Source: Vicinamibacterales bacterium
GTDB lineage: Bacteria; Acidobacteriota; Vicinamibacteria; Vicinamibacterales; JAMQPK01
DNA: 64,000 bases
Direction: 5' to 3'
NCBI GenBank assembly: GCA_963761975.1
Contig: CAVXIR010000004.1
Location: 1,219,148-1,283,147 of the forward strand
Shown: piece after piece, positions 36,301-46,313 of the stretch
Position numbering within the stretch: the first letter of the stretch is position 1
Layout of the letters: each line of letters opens with the position of its first letter
Program-made: the position numbers and the translations under genes
The notes under the pieces: model-generated
What the model was told of the DNA's origin: nothing
Databases searched by the model: none
Seen by the model: only the letters and a program-made list of their open reading frames with translations

Positions 36301-39227
36301 ACGGCCGTCACTTCGAAATACCCGCCGCTTGGAAGCGGAATCGGCAGCGGAACCGGCTCTGCGCCCGATGTCACATTCCAGGTGCCGATTTCTGTCTCCT
36401 CACGTGTCGTGTCCCAGGTATAGAAGCCGTTGCCTTCGGCGCGCCTGACGCTGTGCCACTGAATCTGTCGCATCGAAATCTCGACGGGCACTCCGGCGAC
36501 CACCTTGCCCTCGTTCGAAACCGTCACGATCGACGTATTGAAACCGGTCTTCTGATCGATGAAATATGAGGGCACCATCACGCCGACGTACCAAGGCGCG
36601 GGATGGACAAGGAAGCTTGCGCGGCCTGCGATGCGCTGGCGCGACACGTCTTCGACGTCGCCTTCGAACACGTAGCGATACGGGCGTCCAAGATCAACGG
36701 CCGTGTCGAAATTCATGTTGAACTGGCCATTCGCCCCGAGTGCTGTCTCATCGCCGCCCACTTCCTCCGGGCCATATCGGCCGCCGCAATCACCGGCAAA
36801 GACGAAACGCGTGTCGGGGAAATGTTCTCGAATGGCGGCCGGCGCACTGCAGACGACCTCGCGTGTCGCCTTCCACTCGACAGGCCGCTTTCCCATCGAT
36901 GCCCCGAAGAGATACCTGGCAGTGACAACGCCCGTCAGCCGCGTTCCGGCGACATCGGAGTCGCTGCTCAACGTCGCGTCCACACGAAAGTCCGGCCGGC
37001 GGTATGCCGCCACGAGGAATGTTCCACCGACAGCTCGCACGCCGCCCTCGTCCATTTGCTTTTCGCCCGTCCACGAGGCTTGGATTCGATAGGTGCCGAG
37101 CGCCCCATCCGCCGGCAGCCGAAGCGTCCATTCGGCGCTGCTCCACTCGCTGACCTTGATCGTGCGTGTGTCAACCTCTCTGTCCTGACTGTCACGCACC
37201 TTCACATCGACCGCCGTGCCCGCCGGCAAAAGTCTGATACCCGTCGGCGTGTCGGATCTCAGAATTGCCTTGAAATGGATCTCTTCACCCAGTCGATACA
37301 CTCCTCGATCGGTAAACACAGAGCCTCGGAGAAGCGGATCGATTTCGTGCGGGTTGGGGTATGCCCCGAAATCCCACGGAGCAATCCCCTCGTGCCATGA
37401 ATTGCCGGCATAGGCGAGATCCCCATCCTTCTCGGCGACGACGATGAAGTCGAGCGCCGGTTCGTACCAGTCTTCTCTCAGCCGTGGCGCCGCTCCGCCC
37501 ATCGCCGCGCCGTCCGCTCCCGTGCTGCGCTCCCAGGCGACGGCGCCATCGCGCCGGATGAGCGACACATGGGCTCCCTGCACGGGCTCGCCAGTGTCGA
37601 GCCGTGTGACGAACACGAGCGTGTTCTGCGGGCTGTACTTCACGTTCACGCCGAGATTGGTCACCTGCACAATCGACGACTTGTCGGTTTCACGCGTCAG
37701 CCGGCGCGAATTCGCGATCGGATTGCCTTCTCGCACGCCTGCCCACACGATGCCTTGCTTTGAACCACCGAGGGCGCCCGACAAGTCGACGCCGGCCGAC
37801 TCGATCGCGTCTGTTTTGGTCCGCAGCGTGCGACGCAGGCCATCTCCCGGTGGAAGCGCGTTGAACTTCGGATCGACGTCGGCAATCCTCTGCATCAGCT
37901 CGGCTCGTCTGACCGGCTGTGCCCATTGCGTGGCGTCGACGAGGTTGCGTGTGTAAAACGGCAGCACGAGGCCGGAGCTCGACTCCCATACTCCGTGGCC
38001 GTCGCCGAAACTCGTGAACGCCCGCTCGTGCCAGTTCTCGATGATGTCGGTCCAGTCATAGCCAAGCGTCTGGCCATCGCGAGCCGATTGAAGACTGGCG
38101 GCGAGCCTCACGACGTATGTGCGTGCGGGCGGTTGCCGGCTGAAGCCCGCGTCCTCGAGCGTCACGGCCGTCGGAAAGTCGTACTGCCATGTCTCTTTCC
38201 TGGCCGGCTTCGACGGCTTCAGTAGAGGCTGATTAATCGGATCCGTGATGTCGCGAACCGACATGGCCGCTTGCAGACGCTGGAAGTCGACGCCGCCGCC
38301 ACGCAGCCGCACGGCGTTCCAGCTGGAGGGATCGCACGTGCTGCGACATTCGAATCCTTCGACAAAGAACGTCTCCTCCGCCTCGATGCGAATGTTTTGG
38401 GCGGCGGCAGGCAGCGCAGTGCCTTCAGCGCCGCGCAACTGAGTGTCGATGTGCGCCCTGATCCAGCTTTCTGTCGGGACCGGCGTCGTCAGCTCGATGA
38501 CGACGAGATCGGGAGACGGCGGGAATCGTTTCCTGTCCCAGTCGGCCGCGAGCGTGAAGGTGAGCGTTTGCGTGGACGCCGCAGCGCGTGCGGCGGCGTC
38601 GACCTTCGCCTCGAATCGAGCAATCGCCTGCGGGTTGTTCGTTCGGAGTCGCGCCCGTCCCGCCTCGCTCATCTGCGGGGCGTCCCACTCATGCGGCTCG
38701 AAGTTCAGTGTCAGATGAGCCGCGACCTCGGCTGGCGTAACCGGCTGATTGAACCGGAGCGCCACCAGCATCGGGCTGTCGTAGCGGCCGTTTCTGCGGA
38801 ACGGTTCGGCGCTGCGGAGCTTCACCGTCGGCGTCGTGAATGTAAAGGTGTAAGGCGTGGCGAGCCGACGTCCGCTGACGGCTGCCGCCGACGGATCGAC
38901 CGTGACGCTGAACCGCGTCGCAAACGGCAGCTTTCGTTTCGGATCGGGTGTGTAGATAAGGATCGTAGTCCCCGACCACCGGAACGTTCCGCCAGGAATG
39001 CCGGGGGTCATCGTGACAAACGGCGCGGTGACTGGCTGCGGAATCCGCCCGAGTGCGACCATCGGCTCGGAAAACACGATCCGGATTTCGTTCGCTTCCT
39101 CCAGGCTGCCGGTTTCGCCGGTCGGACCGGCGCTGACCACCGTCAGATTGGCAGGCCGCTGCCCGGCCACCGGGATGCCCGCGAGAATCACGAGCGAGAC
39201 CACGACCGCCCACGTGTGACGCAGCAT
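33374..39227 (-). pseudogene. bacterial alpha-2-macroglobulin (YfhM/ECAM-like), split by a 1-nt frameshift near 34620 inside the thioester domain
   Basis: The fragments are ORFs 34611-39227 (1538 aa; signal peptide, MG domains, thioester motif GCAEQ) and 33374-34606 (410 aa; rest of the thioester domain and the C-terminal receptor-like domain). At the junction GCG CTG AAG TAC A GAC GTC GAT AAG GAA ATG, dropping one base restores ...ALKYDVDKEMLERAY... Confidence 0.85.
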
Positions 39228-39340
39228 AGTTGTCCTTTTGGGGAAATTCTGTGTCGAGTATCGGTCCGGAGCGAAGGGGGAATTAGCTTGCGGACGTACT
39301 GATTTGGATACCGGATCGGTGAATTTGCTCCATGCTCATG

Positions 39341-39369
39341 GTCCGGCTAAAGCCAGGCTAAAGCCGGAC
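39341..39369 (-). terminator. hairpin just downstream of lpxC (possible terminator)
   Basis: GTCCGGCT (39341-39348) pairs with AGCCGGAC (39362-39369), a perfect 8-bp stem. The loop holds a tandem GGCTAAAGCC(A/G) motif. No U-tract follows, so the call is weak. Confidence 0.35.
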
Positions 39370-39387
39370 ACTACGTACTTCTACCCG

Positions 39388-40302
39388 CTAGTTCGCGAGT
39401 CTTGGAGCGCTCTTGACCGGGATCGTCACAGTGGCGCCGACGTGCGACGGGTCGAACTGCCCTTCGACCAGACGCCAGGCATCGGTTTCTTCGAGCAGCT
39501 TGCTGGCAAACGCCGTGTGAAGGGCATGGCCGCCGCGGTGTGCAACGAGGTGTCCGATAATTGGATAACCGACGAGCGCCATGTCGCCGATGACGTCAAG
39601 AATCTTATGACGCACGAACTCGTCTTCGAAGCGGAGGGCGTTCAATGCGCCCGTTTCGCCGATCACGATCGCGTTCTCGAGCGAGCCGCCGAGGGCAAGC
39701 CCGTTCTGACGCAGCATTTCGACTTCCTTCAAAAAGCCGAACGTGCGCGCCGGCGCGATTTCCTCGATGAACGACTCCTCGGTAATCTGCATCGTCCGGG
39801 TCTGATGCCGCAGCATCGGATGATCGAAGCTGATGCTGTATGTGACCTTGAAATGATCGGACGGATAGAGCGCGATGCGCTTGTCGCCACGCGAGAGCGC
39901 GATCGGCCGGATCACTTTGAGGAAGCGCTTCGGAGCAGCCAGCCGCTTAAGACCGGCCTCGTGAATCAGATAGATGAACGGCGCCGCGCTGCCGTCCATG
40001 ATGGGCACTTCGGGATGGTTGAGCTCGACCGTGACGTTGTCGACGCCCAGACTGACCAGTGCGCCGAGCAGATGCTCGACCGTTTCGACCGACCCGTCTT
40101 TCAACGAAAGACCGGTCGCATACTGGATTCCACCGAGGTGACCGACGACGGCGGGAATCTCGAGCCCTCCCAGATCGGACCGGCGAAACTTAATTCCGTG
40201 ATCGATCGCTGCCGGCTTAAGGGAAAGCGTGACCTTTTTGCCGGAGTGCAGTCCGATGCCTGCGCAGGAAACGGCTCGTCTGAGTGTGCGCTGAGAGTCC
40301 AT
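39388..40302 (-). CDS. lpxC: UDP-3-O-acyl-N-acetylglucosamine deacetylase
   Basis: 304 aa. GIGLHSGKKV, TVEHLLGAL, PIMDGSAAPF, TFGFLKEVEMLRQNGLALGGSLENAIV, HKILDVIGD, GGHALH: canonical LpxC blocks in order. Confidence 0.95.
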   Translation of the reverse strand: MDSQRTLRRAVSCAGIGLHSGKKVTLSLKPAAIDHGIKFRRSDLGGLEIPAVVGHLGGIQYATGLSLKDGSVETVEHLLGALVSLGVDNVTVELNHPEVPIMDGSAAPFIYLIHEAGLKRLAAPKRFLKVIRPIALSRGDKRIALYPSDHFKVTYSISFDHPMLRHQTRTMQITEESFIEEIAPARTFGFLKEVEMLRQNGLALGGSLENAIVIGETGALNALRFEDEFVRHKILDVIGDMALVGYPIIGHLVAHRGGHALHTAFASKLLEETDAWRLVEGQFDPSHVGATVTIPVKSAPRLAN

Positions 40303-40411
40303 TAGTCGTTGGGAAACAGGCTGTTAGAGAGCGATCAGCCGGCGCTTCTAGAGCAATTCCGGTGCCTGTCTCGGTCTGTGACGGCGCTCCGACGCTAAGT
40401 TGTTACACTGT

Positions 40412-40440
40412 TAATATTTACTGAAAAGACCTGATTGCAA
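40412..40440 (-). promoter_or_regulatory. candidate sigma-70-type promoter for lpxC
   Basis: This is the only AT-rich patch in the 220-bp gap. On the minus strand TTGCAA (40440-40435) is followed 16-18 nt later by AATATT/TATTAA. It lies about 105 nt upstream of the lpxC ATG. The -10 match is only 4/6. Confidence 0.3.
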
Positions 40441-40522
40441 TTCTCGCACGGGCACTAGGTGGCTTGTGGTACGGAGACCACACAATCACGCCCGAAGGGT
40501 GTTGTAATCTTACCACACAGCG

Positions 40523-43345
40523 TCATAAAACTGACGTCACTAACGGTCTTAGGAACTCGCCGGTGGCCGACGAGGTAACTTTCGCAACCTCTTCGGGCGT
40601 ACCCTCGGCGATGATGCGCCCGCCGCCGCCGCCGCCCTCCGGTCCGAGATCAATGATGTAATCGGCCGACTTGATGATATCGAGATTGTGCTCGATGACC
40701 ACCACCGTATTGCCCTGGTCCACCAGCTTGTTCAGGACATCGAGCAGCTTGTGTGTATCCTCGAAATGCAGGCCGGTCGTCGGTTCGTCCAGGATATAGA
40801 GCGTCTTGCCGGTGCCACGCCGTGACAGCTCCTTGGCAAGCTTGACGCGCTGGGCCTCGCCGCCGCTCAACGTCGTCGCCGACTGACCGAGCTCGACGTA
40901 TCCCAGGCCGACGCTCTGCAAGGTGCGTAATTTGTTCGCGATCGGGGGAAAATTTTCCAGCAGCGGAAGAGCCTGATCGACCGTCAGGTCGAGCACGTCG
41001 GCAATGGATTTGCCGCGATATTGAATCTCGAGCGTCTCCCGGTTGTAGCGCCGCCCTTTGCACTGCTCGCAGGTGACGTAGACATCGGGCAGAAAGTGCA
41101 TTTCGATGGCAATCACGCCGTCCCCCTGGCAGCCCTCGCAGCGCCCTCCCTTTACGTTGAACGAAAAGCGTCCGGGCCGGAATCCGCGCGCCTTCGCTTC
41201 GGGCAGCCACGCAAACAGCTCGCGGATGAACGTAAATAACCCGGTGTAGGTTGCCGGATTCGAACGAGGCGTGCGTCCGATCGGCGACTGATCGATCTCG
41301 ATGACTTTGTCGATGTGCTGGATGCCCTCGATAGCATCATGGGCGCCTGGTTCGTCGCCGGCGCGATACAGCTCGCGGGCCAGCGATCGATAGAGGATGT
41401 CGTTCACCAGCGTCGACTTGCCCGATCCGCTCACGCCGGTCACGGCGACAAAGGCACCGAGCGGAATGCGCACGTCGATGTTCTTCAGGTTGTTCTCACG
41501 TGCGCCGCGGATGACGAGAGACCCCTTCATGCCGGAACGCCGTCCGTTGGGCGTGCCGATCTTTTTTTCGCCGCGCAGATACTGCCCGGTCAGCGAGTCG
41601 TGCCCGTTCGGCTGCGGTGCGTCAGAGTGCTGCCATCTCCCATCTGCCATCTGCCCTGTCAGCAATTCCGCCGGTGTCCCCTGAAAGATGACCTTCCCGC
41701 CGTGTTCCCCGGCACCGGGCCCGAGATCGATCAAGTAGTCGGCGACGCGAATCGTCTCTTCGTCGTGCTCGACCACGATGATGGTGTTGCCGAGATCGCG
41801 CAGGTGGTGCAGCGTGCCAAGCAGGGCCCGGTTGTCGCGTTGGTGCAGCCCGATCGACGGTTCGTCGAGCACGTAGAGCACACCTGTCAGGTTCGCACCA
41901 ATCTGCGTCGCGAGGCGAATGCGTTGGCCCTCGCCGCCCGACAACGTCGTGGCGCCCCGGCCGAGCGTGAGATAGCCCACGCCGACGTCGTACAGAAATC
42001 TCAGGCGATCCTGAATTTCCTTCAGCACTCGTCCTGCAATCAGGTTCTCGCGCTCGCTCAAATCGAGCTTGTGAAAGAGGTCGTAGGCGTCGCTGATCGG
42101 CAGGTTCACGTACCCGGAAATCGTGCGCCCCTTCACCTTGACGGCCAGGCTCTGCGGCTTCAGCCGTTCGCCGCGGCAGGTCGAGCACGGACGCAGCGAG
42201 CGATACCCGTCGAGATCTTCCTGCTCGGTCCACGACGCTTCGTCGAAGCGGCGGCGCAGATTCGGAATGATGCCCTCGAAGCCTTTTCCGTTACCGCCAT
42301 ACAGAATCTGATCGCGCACCTTCTTTGGCAGGCCGGCAAACGGTGTGGCCGGGTCGAAGCCAAGGTTCTTGCCGAGCCCGGCGATCGCCTCGCGCACGAG
42401 CTTTCGGTCGCCCTTGGCCCACGGCACGATGGCGCCATCAAGGAGCGACCTGGTCTGGTCGGGCACGACGCGATTCGGGTCGAAGTCGTACATCGCGCCC
42501 AATCCCTGACACTCGGTGCACGCACCGTGGGGCGAGTTGAACGAAAAGGCTCGAGGCGTCATCTCGGGCATGCTGATGCCGCACTCGATGCAGGCCAGCC
42601 GCCGCGAGAACAGGCGGTCGCCGCCATCCAGGGTGTTGATGACAACGATGTCTTCGGCCAGGTTCAGGGCAATCTCGATCGACTCGGCGAGCCGGCGCTC
42701 GATGCCCGACTTCACGATCAGCCGATCGACCACGATGTCGATCGCGTGATTACGCCGACGGTCGAGCCGGATGTCTTCGTCGAGCGATCGAAATGCACCG
42801 TCGATGCGGGCCTTGGTGAACCCTTTTTTCTTGAGGTCTGCGAGCTCTTTCTTGAACTCGCCCTTGCGACCGCGAACGATCGGTGCCAGCACGTTGATGC
42901 GCGCATCCTGTGGATACAGCATCACCATGTCCATGATGCGCTCGAGCGACTGGGCCGAGATCTCGCGGCCGCACTGATGGCAGTGCGGGATGCCGATGTT
43001 GGCAAAGAGCAGCCGCAGATAATCGTAGATTTCCGTGACGGTGCCAACCGTCGATCGCGGGTTCGATGCGGTGGTTTTCTGTTCGATCGAGATGGCGGGC
43101 GACAGACCGTCGATCAGATCGACGTCCGGCTTCTCCATCTGCTCGAGAAACTGGCGTGCGTAGGCCGAAAGCGACTCGACATAGCGGCGCTGCCCCTCGG
43201 CGTAAATCGTGTCGAATGCGAGAGACGACTTCCCCGAACCCGACAAGCCGGTGATGACCGTGAGCTTGTCGCGCGGGATGTCGACATCGATGTCGCGAAG
43301 GTTGTGAACGCGGGCGCCGCGTACGGCTATCCAGCCCTGACCCAT
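40523..43345 (-). CDS. uvrA: excinuclease ABC subunit A
   Basis: 940 aa. N-terminal [55 protein letters not shown]. Zinc modules CxxC...CxxC are present. Two ABC signatures ([12 protein letters not shown] and [12 protein letters not shown]) and a second Walker A (GVSGSGKST). Confidence 0.97.
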   Translation of the reverse strand: MGQGWIAVRGARVHNLRDIDVDIPRDKLTVITGLSGSGKSSLAFDTIYAEGQRRYVESLSAYARQFLEQMEKPDVDLIDGLSPAISIEQKTTASNPRSTVGTVTEIYDYLRLLFANIGIPHCHQCGREISAQSLERIMDMVMLYPQDARINVLAPIVRGRKGEFKKELADLKKKGFTKARIDGAFRSLDEDIRLDRRRNHAIDIVVDRLIVKSGIERRLAESIEIALNLAEDIVVINTLDGGDRLFSRRLACIECGISMPEMTPRAFSFNSPHGACTECQGLGAMYDFDPNRVVPDQTRSLLDGAIVPWAKGDRKLVREAIAGLGKNLGFDPATPFAGLPKKVRDQILYGGNGKGFEGIIPNLRRRFDEASWTEQEDLDGYRSLRPCSTCRGERLKPQSLAVKVKGRTISGYVNLPISDAYDLFHKLDLSERENLIAGRVLKEIQDRLRFLYDVGVGYLTLGRGATTLSGGEGQRIRLATQIGANLTGVLYVLDEPSIGLHQRDNRALLGTLHHLRDLGNTIIVVEHDEETIRVADYLIDLGPGAGEHGGKVIFQGTPAELLTGQMADGRWQHSDAPQPNGHDSLTGQYLRGEKKIGTPNGRRSGMKGSLVIRGARENNLKNIDVRIPLGAFVAVTGVSGSGKSTLVNDILYRSLARELYRAGDEPGAHDAIEGIQHIDKVIEIDQSPIGRTPRSNPATYTGLFTFIRELFAWLPEAKARGFRPGRFSFNVKGGRCEGCQGDGVIAIEMHFLPDVYVTCEQCKGRRYNRETLEIQYRGKSIADVLDLTVDQALPLLENFPPIANKLRTLQSVGLGYVELGQSATTLSGGEAQRVKLAKELSRRGTGKTLYILDEPTTGLHFEDTHKLLDVLNKLVDQGNTVVVIEHNLDIIKSADYIIDLGPEGGGGGGRIIAEGTPEEVAKVTSSATGEFLRPLVTSVL
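41582..41663 (-). repeat. in-frame 69-nt expansion in uvrA carrying the GCAGAUG heptamer array, bounded by 12-nt direct repeats
   Basis: CTGCCCGGTCAG (41582-41593) and CTGCCCTGTCAG (41651-41662) are 69 nt apart and match at 11/12 positions. The interior contains GCCATCT CCCATCT GCCATCT. At protein level LTGQ is duplicated ([31 protein letters not shown]), where other UvrA proteins have a short linker before SLTGQYL. Confidence 0.85.
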
Positions 43346-43430
43346 CTGTGTGCTTTCTTTGGGGGACCTGAAACTTTCTATTGTAGCAGGGATCGTGGAG
43401 TTCCCGGCGTCTTTGCGGCTCTACATCGAA

Positions 43431-44888
43431 TCATTTGGTGACGCCCGCGTTTCTCGAAGCGACTGACGCGTTGTTTGCAGAGCTGATGCGCAGCATTTCC
43501 GCATCTTTGATTTGGGTGCGCTTGGCTTCTATGAGCCCGTTGGACAGCCCGGTGATGTCTTCTTCGTACGCGGCGAGCTCTTTCCGCATCCGGACAATCG
43601 CCGCATCGTAACAGGTAGCGGCTTGCGAGAACCGGCCGGATGCCGATTTCCAGCTCCGTTCGACGGAATCGATCTGGCCGAGGTACCGCTCCGAGTCGCA
43701 GTCGGCACGGTTCATCTGCAGCGCGTTGTCGAAATAATCCCGCGACTCGGCGAGACGATTCAGGCTGAAAGCGGCCATGCCCGCGAGGCTGTAGACCTGG
43801 TTGTTTCTCATTGCGTTCAGCGCCGTCATCGCATCGTCCAGCGCCACTTGCATCTGGCCCATCTGCAACCGGTTCCAGGCGCGCCAGTAGTACTTCTCAC
43901 CTGGATTGGTCCGCGAGTCCTTCAGCGACTCATCGATGGCGGCGATTGCCTCCTCGTGTCGCCTCAGGTAGCTGAGCGCCTTCGCACGACCCAGCAGAGC
44001 GGCCTCGTCTGGGCCGGCACCGAGGACGCCGTCGAAAAGCGCCAGCGCTTCGGCATACCGTGCGTATGACATCTGAACGTTGGCGAACACCAGTGAGATC
44101 GACGCGCTGTCGAGCAAGAGCTCGTGCGCACGCGCGAGCTCGCGAAATGCGCTGCCGAGATTGCCATTCAGAATCGCCCTCTGCCCGATCAGAAAGTGCA
44201 CCTCGCCGAAACCCGTTTCCTGCCCGATGAGCGCCCGCGACGCTTCAATCGAGAACAGGGGCAGAAACGCCTGGGTGCGATACTTGAGTGAGAGATCCTC
44301 TGAGTGCGTGCTGAGCATGGCGTCGAGTTGCGGCTTCAGCTCGGCGACCATTCCTGCGTTCAGCGCCATGGCGAGATAGAAGTACGCTTTCATCGCGCTC
44401 GCCGGCCATTCTTTCTCCAGTTCGGTGGTCAGCCTCGCAAGCGTGGCTCGACGTTCACCAGGTATGAAGAGCTCGTTTCCGCGCACGTACTGTCCGCCCT
44501 CGACCGGCGCGCGCATCGCATCGAGCGCCTCGAAGTACGTGGTGTAGCTCGAGAGCACCTTCGTCTGCAGTTGCTGGGCGGCTTCGCGTGCGCCGGAATC
44601 GGGCAGGCGAAGCTCGATCTCGCGCAAGACGAGCATCAGATTGTTCTCGAGGGCTTTTCGAGCGAGGACCGGATCGTCTGACAGGGCCAGCAGCGCCGTA
44701 TACGCCGCTGCCGCCTCTCTGAGACAAAGATAGCACCCGCGCGACGCAAGCCGATCGGCTTCGGCCAGCTGAGTTGCCAGCTGTTCGGGAGTAATCCGTG
44801 GTGAGATGACGGGAACTGGACGCGGCGCACACCCGAGAGCCGCCCCGATTAGAACGAGCGCGACGAATCTCACGGCGATCTTAGACAC
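43431..44888 (-). CDS. TPR-like helical-repeat lipoprotein, function unknown
   Basis: 485 aa. Lipobox LIGAALGC. The body is all-helical with Ala/Leu-rich repeat character (e.g. YARYAEALALFDGVL, YYWRAWNRLQMGQ). No specific family recognised. Confidence 0.55.
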   Translation of the reverse strand: MSKIAVRFVALVLIGAALGCAPRPVPVISPRITPEQLATQLAEADRLASRGCYLCLREAAAAYTALLALSDDPVLARKALENNLMLVLREIELRLPDSGAREAAQQLQTKVLSSYTTYFEALDAMRAPVEGGQYVRGNELFIPGERRATLARLTTELEKEWPASAMKAYFYLAMALNAGMVAELKPQLDAMLSTHSEDLSLKYRTQAFLPLFSIEASRALIGQETGFGEVHFLIGQRAILNGNLGSAFRELARAHELLLDSASISLVFANVQMSYARYAEALALFDGVLGAGPDEAALLGRAKALSYLRRHEEAIAAIDESLKDSRTNPGEKYYWRAWNRLQMGQMQVALDDAMTALNAMRNNQVYSLAGMAAFSLNRLAESRDYFDNALQMNRADCDSERYLGQIDSVERSWKSASGRFSQAATCYDAAIVRMRKELAAYEEDITGLSNGLIEAKRTQIKDAEMLRISSANNASVASRNAGVTK

Positions 44889-44912
44889 CCTTTCGCGTGC
44901 ATCGAACCAAGT

Positions 44913-45740
44913 CTATTGTGGGTTCGCTGAGTCACGTCGAATAAAGTTGACCGTCACGGTGACGACAACAGGTACGGCGATGCCGTTCATCATGGTCGGC
45001 TCGTAACGCCACTGCCGCACAGCAACAATCGCTGCCTGATCGAGCAACGGTATCGATCGAAGCACACGAGCGTCAGTGACGTTTCCCTGCTCGTCAACAT
45101 GGGCCTCGAGAATGACGGATCCTTGAACCCTCGCTTCCAGGGCTTTGCCAGGATACGTCGGAGCCACGTCCTTCACCTTCTTCGGTGGCGGCGCGTCGCG
45201 CAGCGTCTTGTTTTGTTCCCAAACTGCCGTCGTGCCATCTCCGGTCCTGGCGAACGAGCGCCCAATAGTGGAAGTGCCTGAGCTATCGCCCCACGAAATA
45301 TTCACCCGGGCCCAGTCGCTGAGGATTCGGTAGGTGACTACGACGCGAATCGCGGCTGTCTCGGCCCGAGGTTCGAACGTGAGACCCATCGCACCGTTGA
45401 ACGCCGGCAGTCGCAGTTCGTCCGGACCGCTCGCAACCGCACCAGTGGTCACGTCGCCAGCGGCGTTTACCGCGAGGTTGATGACGACCACGCCTCCGAC
45501 GCCCTTTTCCAAAGCCTCCTCGGGATATTCGATGACAGGAACTTTGACGGCCTTACGCAGCCGTGCCGGAGCGACGACGCCCGCCTGTGCCTGTAGCGGC
45601 ACCGCCCAAGCGGCCACTGAGGCGGTTGCCGCAACGACGCCAAGCAGTGCGAACCCAGCGGCGACAGCCTGCCGGCGTGACATAGAGACCGCCTCGAGGA
45701 CAGCATCAATGCGCGTCCGGAGCTCGCGCGAGCTCGACAT
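44913..45740 (-). CDS. TonB C-terminal-domain protein (two TonB_C-like domains) with one TM anchor; distal part of the decayed BlaR1-TonB copy
   Basis: From Met 45740 (MSSSRELRTRIDAV...), with TM helix AAGFALLGVVAATASVAAWAV. Two TonB_C-like units are present (YPEEALEKGVGGVVVINLAVNAAGDVT, and PTYPGKALEARVQGSVILEAHVDEQGNVTDARVLRS...AVRQWRYEPTMMNGIAVPVVVTVTVNF). Paralog of 46314-47333 plus the tail of 47333-48442. Confidence 0.65.
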   Translation of the reverse strand: MSSSRELRTRIDAVLEAVSMSRRQAVAAGFALLGVVAATASVAAWAVPLQAQAGVVAPARLRKAVKVPVIEYPEEALEKGVGGVVVINLAVNAAGDVTTGAVASGPDELRLPAFNGAMGLTFEPRAETAAIRVVVTYRILSDWARVNISWGDSSGTSTIGRSFARTGDGTTAVWEQNKTLRDAPPPKKVKDVAPTYPGKALEARVQGSVILEAHVDEQGNVTDARVLRSIPLLDQAAIVAVRQWRYEPTMMNGIAVPVVVTVTVNFIRRDSANPQ

Positions 45741-45747
45741 GCCCGTG

Positions 45748-46310
45748 CTAGAGTTGCGGCATGAGATCATGACCCGAAAGCTCGACCAGGCAGCGCACGT
45801 ACAACTCACGGTTTCCGATGAGTTCGATCACCTGCCGGTCGACAACCTGTTCTCGTCGCGACGCCGAGTATGTCTTCCAGATCGCGCGCAACCTCTGGCG
45901 CCGCAATTGTGCGTGCCTGTGCGCGGTATCGACGCAATCGAATGATGCCTCCACACAGCCAAAACAACTCCGCCGAGCACGATCGTGAGTGCGGCCACGT
46001 TCGCATCCAATCGTGAGGAAGGTGGCACCTCGACTGACGTCGTGGGAAGCCATGTCCCGGTTGCACCGGTGGCAACCGTAACCGCCACGGCGCGAGCCGA
46101 CGTTTCCGCAGGTCGCCACGGCTGAATCAGCGGCAGCAGCAGCGTCGCCGCGAGTGTCAGATGGAGGCACGCCAGCCTGAGACGAGGCTCGCCCGCTCTG
46201 AGAAGCCGCATGGCCGTGACCACCGCGACGACCAGCAGACCGGATTGAACCCAATGCGCGACGACGTTGTGCGCGAGCGGGTCAAGGTTCAACATGGCGG
46301 TTATGGGCAC
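45748..46310 (-). pseudogene. BlaR1/M56 peptidase remnant (N-terminal TM region, HExxH core deleted, multiple frame changes)
   Basis: Pieces align to the intact paralog 47333-48442 in three frames. ORF 45828-46310 gives AHWVQSGLLVVAVVTAMRLLRAGEPRLRLACLHLTLAATLLLPL. ORF 45806-46075 gives LFWLCGGIIRLRRYRAQARTIAAPEVARDLEDILG. ORF 45748-46254 gives REQVVDRQVIELIGNRELYVRCLVELSGHDLMPQL*. The ~90-aa block that contains CHELLH in the paralog is missing. Confidence 0.7.
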
Positions 46311-46313
46311 AAC

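Noticed and set aside
40303-40522. Possible small RNA or tRNA in the 220-bp lpxC-uvrA gap (hairpins TGTGGT/ACCACA and ACGCCC-GAA-GGGTGT).
   Set aside because: There is no cloverleaf, no conserved riboswitch-like core that I recognise, and the stems are short. The hairpins are more simply explained as uvrA 3' structures plus the lpxC promoter region.
43346-43430. LexA/SOS box upstream of uvrA.
   Set aside because: I looked for GTTC-N7-GTTC (the motif reported for Acidobacterium) and for CTGT-N8-ACAG-like palindromes. Neither is present in the 85-bp upstream region.
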